64,000 nt of DNA from Stegostoma tigrinum (GCF_030684315.1 NC_081391.1:13679342-13743341), one strand, 5' to 3'. Positions 24,801 to 38,576 are shown, numbered from the stretch's first letter. Numbers and translations: made by a program. The notes: generated by a model from the sequence alone, not told the origin.

Positions 24801-26437
24801 GTGGCACTCCAGCTCCTGGCGTTTCCTTAAACCCTGTTCAGTCACGAACTTCATCCAATTCTGATGGTGCTTAGAGTGGAAATGCTCTTCTCTCTACAGA
24901 CAAGAACAGGCCTGGGCACCTCAGGTTTTTGTCAAGGAATTTTAAAAAGTGTTTGCCTGGTTACCAGGAGGAGGCGAGGGTTGTTTTTGATGATCCTTGA
25001 ACTGGAGCCACTGGCTCATTGGACAATGGTTCTCATCCACCTTGATGTATTCAAAAAATTCATGTTTATTGACTTCTCAATTTGATTGAAGGCTAAACCA
25101 GTCATGTCTGGCACCAATTGTATGATGCTTAATGGATATAACTTGTTTTCTCCCAGATGTCCTACTTTGACCGGGATGATGTTGCCCTCCCCCATGTCTC
25201 CCAGTTCTTCCAAGATCAGTCCCAGGAGAAGCAGGAACATGCAGAGAAGCTGCTGAAATTCCAGAATCGGCATGGAGGCAGTCCTCCTCCAGGATGTGAA
25301 GGTTGGTGTTGGGTTTTTGGGGTGGGGGGAGTTGGGTGGTAGAGAGTGGCTGCTCCTCAGGGATGGCACAGTGACTCAGTGTTTCCCATGCATGCCTCAG
25401 TGCCAGGGATCCAAGTTTGGTTCTTGGTTCTAGGCTCCAGTGAATGACTGGAGTTGACTTGTTCTTGCCATGTCCACATTGGCTTCACGGTTCAATGACG
25501 TGTGGGTTAGAAGGATTGCCATTTAAAATGCAGGGTTACAGGAATAAGAAGGGACTTGTAGCGACGAATGTAGTGGCTGTACCTGCCGATTGGGGATGAA
25601 TAAAATGATGTCGTGACCTTGGTTATTGTCACCATGACTCAAATAGCCTGTTCCCATGCTGCAGAGATTGTGAAGCTTACCTGTCCTCTCTCCATCCCCA
25701 GAAGCCAGAGAGGGATGAGTGGGGTAACAGTCTGCAGGCAATGCAGGTCGCCCTGGATCTGGAGAAGAATGTGAACCAGAGTTGGCTGGATATGCACCGA
25801 GTTGCCACAGCCCAGACTGACCCTCATGTAAGCCTTCCCACCACCTCCTCATTCTGATCACTGCTAGGCCCTCAGGGCAACACCTCATTGGTCTTTTGTA
25901 GATTAAAATTCACTCGGATACTTGGATCACAATATCATATCTGAACAGTATGTTCATTTAATCAACATTAAAGCAGCTCAGCTATGAGCTGAAATGGGAA
26001 TTTGGATTCACTACCAGGAGTGATGTTGGCCAATGAATTCACTTTCAGGGCCACTTGCATTAGAATGATCATCGTCTGTCACAGTTCAGCTCAGCTCCAT
26101 TTCACAAACAAGAAGGTGCATCTGGAACGTTACTGTCCTCACTGGCGCAACATCTCCTAGATGTCAGTGGCTTTTCCAGCTGTCGAAAGCTAGTTATGTT
26201 GGGGTCTGTTTCGCAGTGGGAATTCTGAAATTTTCCTAGATCATGCAAATGTACCAAGTTGCCATAATTCCTCTGTTGCAGCTGTGTGACTTCCTGGAGA
26301 CTCTCTATTTGGATGAGGAGGTGGAGATCATCAAGCACCTTGGGGACTACATCACCAACCTGAAGCGCCTGGGAGCCCCTGAGAATGGGATGGGAGAGTA
26401 CCTGTTTGACAGGCGCTCCCTGGAGGACAGCAGTTAG
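21870..26437 (+). pseudogene. Ferritin copy 3 (type C), frameshifted; exons 21870-21971, 25157-25301, 25702-25827, 26282-26437
   Basis: Exon 2 is 145 bp because of a 2-bp deletion at about 25280 (ggcagtcctc). The TATA box is degraded to gtaaaaaaaa (about 21765). Penelope-like insertion in intron 1; shortened intron 2. Confidence 0.85.
23195..24790 (-). mobile_element. Decayed Penelope-like retroelement in intron 1 of copy 3
   Basis: The minus strand yields RT motif KGVAIGTCMGP, GIY-YIG-like IYCTHCS*RGLLYIRK and C-terminal RLQEQHLVFCLGTLQPNGI. A pseudo-LTR-like end lies at about 23200-23290. Confidence 0.75.
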
Positions 26438-29318
26438 TGTGGCCTGGAGTAGTGTCTGCTTGGTCTGAATGCATTCCCCACTTCACCCTGGACAACCTGT
26501 CTCCTTCCAGGGAGAAGGGGCTTGTAGCAAAGAATGTAATGGCTGTACCAGCTGAATGCAAATGAATAAAATGATGTGTTTATCTTGGTTCTTGTCCATC
26601 ATTCAGACAGCTGGATGCTGTCGGCTTTCACCAATAGGCCTATGGGAAGAGATATCAGGCTCTGCTTTCTACCCAGGTGCAGGAAACAGCTCAGTTGGGA
26701 CTGAGATGAGTTCAACCTGACTCGTATCCTCCCAATGGGCCCTGACATGACCAGCATATTCTGTTTTTCATTTGCTGCCTTTTTCTCATGTGGATACAGC
26801 CTAAAGTTACTGGGAGCGAGTGAAGGTTCAAACCAAGGCCAGTACTGGTGGGCTGTGACCTACCCTGCCTTGTTACAGCCTACTGTAGTTGATTGCACTG
26901 AACGGTTCATTCCTCTTTTCATGGGAGTTAAATATGCTGCTACCCTGAAGGGACCTTGGCGTAATTACCCTTAGCCTCGAGTCAATTCTCCTAGGAGCAT
27001 TCTGAAGCTGGCCTAATGTGGCTTTTGTCAGTTTACTTTCTCTGACCTGTTCCAACACCTTCATTCCTTTTCTCACCCCTCCCACCACCCCACTCCGAGC
27101 AATAAACTTCCACCCTGCCAGTCTACAGCTGGGAAAATTCAGCCCCAACATTGACAGCACCCATATTCCATGGAGTTCGCTCTGGAAATTATCCTGAACT
27201 GTTACATGCTCATGTATGAGCTCAATACCACTTCGAGCAGCATCACTGGGTCTTTGGGAGTAACACAGCAACACTCATGGTTCAATGCTGCCATTTGATT
27301 GGCTCTTACTGCTAAAAGCAGCATTGAGCGCACTAAGCTGCTCCCTTAGTTCCTCTGAGCTTCCCACACGCTGAGGGTTACTCCTGATGCAGGTAGATTT
27401 CACCCGATCACATTGAGGGAGCAGTGTGACTGGGAGAGGCGACCGTGAGATGCTGACTTTGCTGTACAGCTGCTTCCTTTACCTTTTCGAGGTGTCAGAG
27501 AGATGATGGGTTGAGGAGGGGGTTATCGGAGACAGCCTGAGGATTGTTTCAGGGAGTTTTGTAGCGAGTGCACGCTGCAGCCTTCACTGAAGGTGTGGGT
27601 CGTTCAGGCACTGAATGTATTTGTTCCACTACATAAAGTGTTTTATTTCAAACAATCCTGAGTCTTGGCTGTAGAATTCCCGCAGTGCGGGAAGAGGTTG
27701 TTCAGCCCCTTTAGTCTGCACTGATCCTCTGAACAGCATCTTGTTCAGACACACCCTGTCTTCTTGCCCCCATCTTTCTACCCCACAGCCGTTCCAAAAT
27801 AAACTGCATATCTCTGGACTGTGGGAGGGAAGGAACCCCCACAGACACGGGGAGGATGTGCAGCCTCCTGAGAGTTGCCCATGACTGGAATTACATGTGG
27901 GTCCCGGGCACTATGCAGCAGTAGTGCTCGTCATTAAGAAACCATGCCACCTAAAGTAACAAAAACAGGAGCACCCTGTTGCATATGATGAGAGTCGCAA
28001 ACACATTCATTACAGAAATAGACCCCATTGCCCCTGCTGATGAGGTTTCCACGTTTGGCCCATTTCCCTTTAATGCCATTCCTTTCCATGTAAATCAGCA
28101 GATGGCTTTCAAAAGTTCTAATTATGCCACTTCCTCTAACAGTGTATTTCATATACAGATCACCCTCTGTGAGGATAGAGTTGGCCTTCTGGTTCCCTTT
28201 CACATCTTTCCCCTCAAACCCATGTCTTCTAGTTTTGGACTCCCCTACCATGTCCCAGCATGCTTTTTACATACCGTCAACGTTGAGTGTGCCAGTGGCA
28301 AGGCTACATTTAGTGCTCAGCAACTGTTACACTTCAGGAGGTGGTGATGAGCTGCTTATTACAGTCCACCTGGTGTCGGAGAGACCGGAATGATGCTGCT
28401 GAGGAGGGGCTTCTGGGATTTTCAGTCACAAGCAGGGGTATTGTTCCAAGTCAGGATGGTGACGGACTTACATGGAGCTGCTTGAGCAATGTTGGGGCTG
28501 CATGGAGTCAGCAAATTGTAAAGTATTCATTAACACTTCCTAACTGTGGTTTTGAAGATGATGGACAGGCTTTGCAAAATCAGCAGTTGAGTTATTCACA
28601 ACAGAATTCCTCGCATCTGACTTGCTCTTAAACCCATGATGATTCACAAGGTGTGATCTCAGACCATGGTTTATGTATAATATTCATACTTGTAAGTTAA
28701 TCTAATAGGACGAGACTGCAACCTGGTATTTGAAGCAGATATTGAGACAAAGTAACTTGCTTCCACCAGTCTGTACATCAGTGCTGTGATCATACCCTAA
28801 CATCTTCAATTCCCAAAGCCTCACAGGCCACCAGTCCATGGGAGGCTGCTCCATTCAACACAATCAAGGTTGCCTGTGCTACACATTTCCAGCAGCAATT
28901 TAGACAGGGAGGCCTAAGGCCTACTGTGTAGAAGGAGACACTCAGCACATTTAACGATTGCCTTTCAAACTGGGCTTCATGAGACCCAATGTCAAGGAGA
29001 TCACAGCAGGTTCAGAATGGATCCACAAAGTACATCAGTTACACGTACGAGATGACCCAAAAGCACATTCATTCTGTTGATGCACAGCAGTAGGAAAATG
29101 TTTAATGTCAACAAAATCTAGCCATTTTGCAATGGACTCCAACACTGTCATTCGAAACATATGAAGACAAATCCCTCAGAGTAACAAACTGACAGAATTC
29201 AGCAAATCTGCGATGAGCGTGTCTTAATAGTTAACCTCAGATACTCAAGTGAAGTTGTAGAGTATATTTTATTGTCATTTTTAGGTTGATATACTTACCG
29301 AATTTGTACTTGTGCAGG

Positions 29319-29506
29319 AGGTCAAAGGTTAAGCAGCAATTCTATCATCGACCAGTTGTCAATTCTGATCGATTTCTGGATTCAATTCCCATCCTGCACT
29401 GATTGGATGTGGCAGCTGATCAAGTGATTAACAAGAGTGTTTGGCCATCACTGATGATCTCATTTCCTGCTTCATAAAATGAGTGTTGGCTCCTGGAGTA
29501 TAAATA
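29319..29506 (+). promoter_or_regulatory. Ferritin proximal promoter, copy 4
   Basis: DR1 variant AGGTCAAAGGTTA, ATTGG, CAGCTG, TATAAATA at 29499-29506. Confidence 0.6.
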
Positions 29507-29592
29507 GAGTCCCACGGCAGGGATGTTTACTGTTGCTCTTAGCTTTGTCATTTTGGTGGTGAGGAAAATAAAGCAAGCTTTTCCTTTATAAG

Positions 29593-32500
29593 ATGGCCTC
29601 CCAGATCAGTCAGAACTATCACCAGGATTGTGAAGCTGCTGTCAACAAGCAGATTAATGTGGAGCTCACTGCCTCCTATCTCTATCAGTCTTTGGTGAGT
29701 GGTGTCTTTGTGGGGTGAAACATACTTCTGTTCTGTTGAAGTGAACTCTTCCCCTTGGATGTAATTAAGTTGTCTATCTTATAGACTGAGTTTTTGTGGC
29801 TCCTACCTCTTTCTCAATGCAGGATGAGTGTGATGTTACTGTAACAATAGTTTGGTGTCTAATGTTACTCTAACTTGGGTCCCAGTTGGTTGTCAGTGAG
29901 ATGTGGAGGGTGGAGTGTTCTTGTAGTTACTTGCCTGTCCCATGATGGTGCTGTGACTGGTGGTAATTATCGCTTCCTGTGGCTGTTTGAAACTTGAGGG
30001 AACAAAATTAAAAATGAATTGGGACTAACTGGTGTGGGAATGGAAGCACCATCAGCTAGTCACTGCTTTTCTTTTCCCTCCTGTATCCTTGTTTGTATTT
30101 GAATTTTGTCGGGATCTGAAGTAAACCTGCCAATTGATAATGAGAATCTTGGTTTCCTATTGCAATCAGCTTAGAATAGGCTTGTTCTAGCCCTGCAGAG
30201 CTGGGCCAAGAGGTGGCAAATGGAGTTTAATGCAGACAAGTGAAGTGATGCTCTTTGGTAGGAGTAACCGGAAGGCAAAGTACAGGGCTAATGGTAAGAT
30301 TCTTGGTGGTGTAGTTGAGCAGAGAGATCTTGGTGTCCACGTACACAGATCCTTGAAAGTTGTCACCCAGGTTGACAGGGCTGTTAAGGCAGTGTTTTGG
30401 CTTTTATTAATAGAGGGATTGAATTCTAGAACCAAGAGGTTATGGTGAAGCTGTACAAAACTCTGGTGTGGCAGCACTTGGAGTATTGTGTACAGTTCTG
30501 GTTGCTGCATTATAAGGATGTGGAAGCTTTGGATAGGGTGCAGAGGAGATCTACTAGGATGTTGCCTGGTATGGAGGGAAGGCCTTATGAGGAAAGGCTG
30601 AGGTACTTGAGGCTGTTTTCATTGGAGAGAAGAAGGTTGAGAGGTGACTCAATTGAAAGATATAAAATAATCAGAGGGGTAGATAGGGAGAGCCTTTTCT
30701 GTGGATGGTGATGGCGAGCATGAGGGGGCATAGCTTTAAATTGAGGGGTGATAGATATAGGACAGATGTCAGAGTTAGTTTCTTTACTTGGTAGCAAGGG
30801 AATGGAATGCTTTGCCTGCGACAGTAGTAGATTTGCCAATTTTAGGTACACTTAAGTCGTCATTTGACTTTAGCATATGGACTTACATGGAATAGTGTAG
30901 GTTAGATGGGCTTGATCGGTATGACAAGTTGGTGCAACATGAAGGGCCTGTACTGTGCTGTTATGTTTGAAGTTCAGATCAAACTGGGTGAGGTTGTGAC
31001 TGGTATCTGATTAAGCAGATCTACTTTGCTTTTTTTCATACTGATGGGGTGGGTGTGGGCTGTCTGTATGTCAAGTGTTGGAGCTTTTCAAAGGCACAGC
31101 ACTGCCATGGGGCTGAGAATGTGCTGAGGGTACTGACCCAGTGACTATGGAAAGAAGCTTATCCCTGTTGTGTTTGGCCTGACTCTAAACTAACTGGCCC
31201 CTTTTTCCCCAGGTGGTGGAGTGCCTGTGCCCTTCCAAGGGGTAGAATGTGTTTAGAAGGTGTTAGAAGTAACCTTAGTGAGTGTTGCAGGGTGCTGTCT
31301 GGGCTCGTGCCTGTCAGCAGGAAGTCCTGTCATGATGAGGATCAAGTCCCTGTCAGCCCCACTTTGGGAGGTGGGAACAGCTTTCATTGAGCCAGCAGTT
31401 GGGTTTCAATTGCTGACCCATTGTCCTAACACACCTTGTAAGCATGTGCCAGGAATGAAATCCCTACCATTCTACATCTTCCAAGTGCCCATTTAAATGA
31501 CAATGATAAATTGTGCTTGGGTGTTTGCATTTGAGAATTGAAGCAACTTTTTTCAGCAGGATTCGTAAGAATGTGATTCTAAATGGCTGCTTCCAATAGC
31601 AGACCTGTTAAACCTGAATATGTTGAATTGTGAACATCCTAGTTTAGAAATCTACAGGACTTTGCCTGTTGGATTAAGTCAACAGTGGTTTTTCCAGGTT
31701 ATTGTTTTAATGAGTGCTCTCCTCTGGAGAGTAGTTGATCTGCAGGTCACTGTCATATTTGTGATGTGATCAGTTTGTTTCTTTCATGGGTAATGGTACA
31801 AGTTCCCAACAGTCTGAGTCAGTACAGCTGTTTTAGATGCAACAATCCAAAGGCTGTCCCTTGGCAGGCTTTCCTTTGGACTTTTCTGGCCTTTGTCAAA
31901 GGAGCAATACAGTGCCCTGCAGCTGTTCTATTGGTGTACATCCTGCACTCCAGCTCCTGGCATTTCTTGAAACCCTATTCAATCACTAATTTATCCCGTT
32001 TCTGGTGGAGGTTAATCAGTAAAAACATCAATTCACATTTGTTCTCACCAAATGCTGTGCTAGACCCCCTTGAGCAATTTACCAGGAGTTTCAAACCAAA
32101 ATAAAACACATGGTATTTACAGCTTATCTAGAGGAAGCTGGGATTGTTTTGATTTTTTTCCGATTCAACAGCAACTGTTCAAAACTGGGTTCTGAATTGT
32201 TAATGCATCAGGTACTGAACAGCTTACTGTCAGTTTGACTTTTTTAGAATGCTCAAGTAGCCCTATAGTTCTGAACTGAAATTGGACCATGACTTGTTAA
32301 TGGGCTTTACCTTGTTCTCCCTTCAAGATGTCCTACTTTGACCGGGACGATGTTGCCCTTCCCCATTTTTCCCGGTTCTTCAAACATCAGTCCCAGGAGA
32401 AGCAGGAACAAGCAGAGAAGCTGCTGAAATTCCAGAATCAGCGTGGAGGCAGAGTCCTCCTGCAGGATGTGAAGGTTGGAGTTGGGTGGGCTGGGGGATG

Positions 32501-34597
32501 GGATGGGATGGTCATGGCTGCTCTTGTGGTGTGGTTTCTTGTCAGTGACAAGGTTTTCATTTGAGTCAAAACTTTGTTCAGCCTGTTTGATCTCCTTTTT
32601 GAAGCCAGTGTAGAAAGAAGCCCTTTGGCCCACCATGTCTATACTGACCCCACAAACACTAAACCACATTAATCCCATTTACCTGCCCTTGGTCCACAGG
32701 CCACTGTCCTGGCACTAAGTACATGTCCAGCAAGGCCTTAAACTGATCTGGAGTAGCTGTCTGTCTCCACCACCATCCAAACCTTTATGTGGTTCGTCTC
32801 ATATTTCTAACTCCCCTCGGAGTGGGTGAGGAGGGTGAAGAGAGTTTCCTCCAATCCCCTCTAACCTGCTTACTCCACAAACCTGTATTCTCTCTGGTCT
32901 TGCTGTCTGCCATGGGGAAGACATTCCATCAACTGGCCACTCTCTCCAATAATTACATCAGGTCACTCCCTCAGCCTTTCCTGCTCCACAGAAAATCCCA
33001 GCCTTTCTAACTTCCAATCAATGGCTCTTGGGCAACCTCACCAGCATCCCCCTGCAGTGCCATCCTGTCCTTGTGACTGTTGAGGCCCAAGAGGGAATAA
33101 TGTGGTGACCAGAAAAACAAACTGTGAAGACTGGTCCCCTTCCTGTTCCACCCCACCAAACTAATAGAGGTTGCTTGCCCTCTGTCACTGTTACACCCTG
33201 TTGACCTTGTCTGAACTTTGAGGGATCTATGGTTGTGGGCCTTTCTTAACTGTTAGCAGCACAACACACTTTGCAAACACCTCGCTGTCCCTTGGATGAA
33301 TTAAATAGCCGTGATGTTTCTGATCATCCTGCTCAGGCATGTATGAAGCCACCAGCACAAGTGGTACTTGAACCTTGGCCTTGTCAGCCAGAGACAGGGG
33401 CACTAACACTGTACCATGACAGCATTTAGGCTTCACTTGTGAATATCCTCGCAATTCCATCAGATGGACCCTGATGCAAATCTTGTCATTATCCCCCACA
33501 ATGACCTGTTATTCAACTTCCTCCTTCAGATCAAGGACCGACAGGCAAGGTGAAAGCAATTCTGAAGGAACTGTTCTTCAGCTGTGCTCCAGGGCTGCCT
33601 CAGGGGCGAGCAGTGTTCTCAGTGCTAGGGACACAGGTTTTGATCTGGCCTCTGGTGAGGGGCTGGTGTTTACATGTCCTCCGCTTGTCTGCGTTGGTGT
33701 CGGCATAGTATAAGAGGATTGGCCATCTGAAACGCAGGGTGACAGGAATAGGGTGGGAGAAGGACGGGTTGGGTTCCTCTTCAGAGTAGTTACAGACTGA
33801 TACACATTGTAGAGATTCTGAAGCTTAACTGTCCTTCTTTCCCTCCTCCAGAAGCCAGAGAGGGATGAGTGGGGTAACAGCCTGCAGGCAATGCAGGTTG
33901 CCCTGGATCTGGAGAAGAATGTGAACCAGAGTTTGCTGGATCTACACCAAGTCGCCACTGCCCAGACTGACCCTCATGTAAGCTTCACCTCCTCATTGAC
34001 TTCACTGCTAGGCCCTCAGGGCAACACCTTCATTGGTTGGTCTTTTGTGGATTAGAAATTCAGTTAGACTTTGTTTTTGTGCAGATGACATGGATCACTT
34101 CAGATCCATAGTGATTACAAAATCATTGCTGAGCAGTTGAGTCCAAGTCTGTATTTTAACTTGTAAACCTGTGGGGAGGACTGAGGGGATATTGGTCACT
34201 GAATTCTCATTCAGGACCACTGCAGTGGAATGACTTTTATCCATCACAAGTCAACTCTGCTCCAGTAAATAAACAGCAAGATGAAGCTGCTAAAAAGCAG
34301 TTGTCCTCATTGCACAATTTCTCCAGGCATTGGCTCTAGTCATCCCTGACAATCTCCCTCGATATGCACGTTTTTCAGTGGGGATTCTGAAGTTGTCTTG
34401 GATAGTGTTAATGTACCAAGTGTAATGTTCCTCTGTTGCAGCTGTGTGACTTCCTGGAGACTCACTATTTGGATGAGGAGGTGGAGATCATCAAGCACCT
34501 TGGGGACTACATCACCAACCTGAAAAGCCTGGGAGCCCCTGAGAATGGGATGGGAGAGTACCTGTTTGACAGGCTCTCCCTGGAGGACAGCAGTTAG
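29593..34597 (+). CDS. Ferritin copy 4 (type A'), intact; exons 29593-29694, 32328-32474, 33852-33977, 34442-34597; 176 aa
   Basis: Open frame across four exons with GT-AG sites (exon 2 acceptor aAG). TATAAATA at 29499-29506 and AATAAA at 34724-34729. Exon 2 reads [11 protein letters not shown], adding H65Q. Confidence 0.9.
30193..30968 (+). mobile_element. 5'-truncated CR1 LINE in intron 1 of copy 4 (same insertion site as copy 1)
   Basis: CR1 ORF2 C-terminal motifs; same left junction cttgttctagccctgcagagc. Confidence 0.9.
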
Positions 34598-36661
34598 TGT
34601 GGCCTGGAGTACTGTCTGCTTGTCTGAATGCATTCCCCACTTCACCCTGGCCAATCTGTCTCCTTCCAGGGAGAAAGGACTTGGAGCAAAGAATGTAATG
34701 GCTGTACCAGCTGAATGGAGATGAATAAAATGATCTCTTGATCTCAGTTACTGTGCATCATTTTGAACCCATTGAGGCCTCTCTTTGGTCAAGCAAGCTT
34801 TCTTGCCTTAGTTCACCACTGCTTTTCCCCAACCCCCGTGGACAGACTCCAGGCCTATGGGAGCCAGTTCGAGTTCAAATGGGGCCTGTGACCTACCCTT
34901 AGTACAGCCATCAACTGGTGGCCCTGCTGACCAGTTCACTTTGTCACTGAAGTCTGCTGCTCCTCCCAGGGGCCCTTGGGTTTTTCTAAACTATCTTGGT
35001 TCAACTGCATAGATTTGTCTTTCCCCAGAAGGAATCCAAAATTCCTTCAAGTGGCTTCCTCAGTTTTTTGCTTTCTTTCCTTCGCCCCAGGCTCAGTCCC
35101 TCCCCATAACTGGAAGTCCACCAGCCCTGAGCTGGGGAAATTCAGCCCAAACATTCTGAACAGTCACATTCCAGAGAATCATCTCCAGTTTCTCTGGGGC
35201 TACTTGATTGATAGTGGATGCTCTTGATACCATAAATACAACGATTGGTGACCTGGGGCTTGGATGATAGCCCACGGTTCAAAATACTCACATTTGGTTT
35301 AAGCTTGCAGCTACAACTGGCCTCTGACTGTTGAAGGGTTTGTACAAAAAGCTGCTGCCTTGGTTCTTGGAACCTTTCCATGGGCTGATGAAATTTTTTT
35401 TGACCCAGTGAGGGAGCAGGGATTTCTGGCAAAGGTGGGGACTGTCTCCTTCAGTCAAGATGCCTGGACATGCTGACTTTCCTGTACAACTGTTTCCTTG
35501 ATCATTCAAGGTGTCAGATCATGGGTTAGGGAGGGGGTGACCAGAGACAGCCCAGAGATTGTTGTGAGTTTTCGCGCAAGTGCACACTGTAGCCTTTAGC
35601 CAGAGTGTGGGTCATTAAGGTGCTGAATATATTTGTTTTGTTTGCCCCATATCCCTCAACCATGCCTTTCCCTGGAAATCACCAAGTGTCTTTTAACAAC
35701 GGTAATTGCACCCACTTCTCCTGCTTCGTATAACAGCTCATTCTTTACATAAACCATTTTCTGTGGGAAAAGCTCTTCCACCACCACACCCACCCACCCC
35801 CCCCCCCCCCCCCCCACCCCCCAACCCCACATGCCTGTGTGTGAAAACATTACCCCTACCACCTCTAGTTTTGGACTCCCCTACCATGTCCCAGCATGCT
35901 TTATATATACAGTCGATCTTGAGTGTGTCAATGGCAAGGCTACATTTAGTGCTCAGCAACTGTTACACTCCAGAAGGTGGTGATGAGCTGGTCATTACAG
36001 TCCATCTGGTGTAGGAGAGACTGGAATGATGATGCTGCTGAGGAGGGGCTTCTGGGATTTTCATTCACAAACAGGGATATTTTCCCAAGTCAGGATGGTG
36101 ACAGACTTACATGGAGCTCCATTGCATGTTGTTGGTGCTGCCTCCAGCCAGAACATTGAAAACTGTTCCAGCATTACTCACTCCTAACTTCAGTCTTATT
36201 GATGGTGGACCGGCTTTGGAATGTTACAAGTTGCGTAATCACAACAGAATTCCCTGCCTCTGACTTCCCAATTTTTGAGTTGTTCACTCTACAGAATGCA
36301 ATGAAAACTGTAACAGATACTGTCACCTTGGAAACATGCTGGCGTTAAGCGCTGATTCAACTTCAACAATGAAAAACCAAACATGGAGACAGAAATGTTC
36401 AACGTGCGATACGTTTCTAGCAGCAGCTGAGACACAGAACCCTGAGGCCTACTGTGTGTAAGAGGCACTCAGCACATTTAGCATCTTGCTTTTTCCAAGT
36501 GGGCTTCATGCGACCCTAAGTCACGCTGATCACAGCAGATTCAGAATGGATCTACAAAGGACATCGGTTGCCTGTATCAGACGATCCAAAAGCACGTTAT
36601 TCTGTTGCTGCACAGAAATAGGAAAATGTTCATATCAACCAAATCAGGGCATTTTACAAAG

Positions 36662-38122
36662 ATGAGGATTGCAAATGTCATTCCCCTGTTCAGAGGATAG
36701 CAAATGTGGTTCCCCTGTGCAAGAAGGGGAGTAGAGACAACCCTGGTAATTGTAGACCAGTCAGCCTTATCTCAGTTGTTGGGAAAGTGTTGAAAAAGTT
36801 TATAAGGGATAGGATTTATAATTATCTAGAAAAGAATAAATTGGTTAGGGATAGTCAGCACGGTTTTGTGAAGGGAAGGTCGTGCCTCACAAACCTTATT
36901 GAGTTCTTTCAGAAGGTGAGCAAACAGGTATTTGAGAGTAAACCGGTTGATGTGGTGCATATGGATTTCAGCAAGTCGTTCGATAAGGTTCGCCACAGTC
37001 GGCTATTGTACAAAATGCGGAGGAATGGAATTGTGGGAGATATAGCAGTTTGGATCGGAAATTGGCTTGCTGAAAGAAGACAGAGGGTGGTAGTTGATGG
37101 GAAATGTTCATCCTGGAGACCAGTTACTAGTGGTGTACTGCAAGGGTCGGTGTTGGGTCCACTGCTGTTTGTCATTTTTATAAATGACCTGGATGAGTTT
37201 GTAGAAGGATGGGTTAGTAAATTTGCAGATGACACTAAGGTCAGTGGAGTTGTGGACAGTGACGAAGGATGCTGTAGGTCGCAGAGAGACATAGATAAGC
37301 TGCAGAGCTGGGCTGAGAAGTGGCAAATGGAGTTTAATGCAGACAGGTGTGAGGTGATGCACTTTTGTAGGAGTAACTGGAAGGCAAAGTACAGGGCTAA
37401 TGGTAAGATTCTTGGTGGTGTGGATGAGCAGAGAGATCTCGGTGTCCATGTACACAGATCCTTGAAAGTTGCCACCCAGGTTGACAGGGTGGTTTAGAAG
37501 GCATACAATGTTTTGGCTTTTATTAATAGAGGGATTGAGTTCCAGAACCAAGAGGTTATGGCGAAGCTGTACAAAACTCTGGTTAGGCCGCACTTGGAGT
37601 ATTGTGTACAGTTCTGGTCACCCCATTATAAGAAGGATGTAGAAGCTTTGGAAAGGGTGCAGAGGAGATTTACTAGGATGTTGCCTGGTATGGAGGGAAG
37701 GTCTTACGAGGAAATGCTGAGGGACTTGAGGCTGTTTTCATTCGAGAGAAGAAGGCTGAGAGGTGACTTAATTGAAACATATAAAATATTTAGATGGTTG
37801 GATAAGGAGAGCCTTTTTCCTCGGATGGTGACAGCGAGCACGAGGGGGCATTGCTTTAAATTGAGGTGTGAACGATATAGGACAGATTTCAGAGGTAGTT
37901 TCTCTACTCAGAGTAGTGAGGGAATGGAACGCTTTGCCTGCAACGGTAGTAGATTCACCAACTTGAGGTACATTTCAGTCGTCATTGGACGAGCATATGG
38001 ACGTACATGGAATAGTGTAGGTTAGATGGGCTCCATATCGGTATGACTGGTCGGCACAACATCGAGGGCCGAAGGGCCTGTACTGTGCTGTAATGTTCTA
38101 TGTTTTATGTTCTATATTCTAT
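36662..38122 (+). mobile_element. 5'-truncated CR1 LINE upstream of copy 5
   Basis: RT ORF 36706-37497 ([16 protein letters not shown]); gttctat tail; same junctions as 10581-12033. Confidence 0.93.
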
Positions 38123-38306
38123 GGCTCCAACACCAACGTTCAAAAGTTATGACGACTATTCCCTCAGATTAACAATCCGACGAAATTGTGCAAATCTGTG
38201 ATGACTGAGTCTTAACGCACAACCTCAGATACACAAGTGAAGGTTTAGAGTATATTTTATTGTCATTTTCTGGCAAATACATTTACAGAATGTGCACTTG
38301 TACAGG

Positions 38307-38491
38307 AGGTCAAAGCTCATTCAGCAATTCCATCATCGACCAGTTGTCAACCGTGATTCGTTTCTGGATCCAATTCCCATCCTGCACTGATTGGACGTGG
38401 CAGCTGATCAATTGATTAACAAGAGTGATTGGCCATCACTGATGTCATTTCCTGCTTCATAAAAAGAGGGTCTGCCCCTGGGGTATAAATA
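38307..38491 (+). promoter_or_regulatory. Ferritin proximal promoter, copy 5
   Basis: DR1 variant AGGTCAAAGCTCA, two ATTGG boxes, TATAAATA at 38484-38491. Confidence 0.55.
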
Positions 38492-38576
38492 GAGTCCCAC
38501 GGGAATGATGTTGATTGTTCTTCCTAATTTTGTTATTTTGGTGGTGAGGAAAATAAAAGAAATTTATTGTCACAAG

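Noticed and set aside
36706-38025. Long RT-like ORFs (also 10625-11786, 19495-20268, 45030-45701, 62310-63245) as host genes or an RT system linked to ferritin
   Set aside because: These are 5'-truncated CR1 ORF2 fragments with stops and frameshifts, no endonuclease or ORF1 and typical tails; their recurrence reflects segmental duplication.
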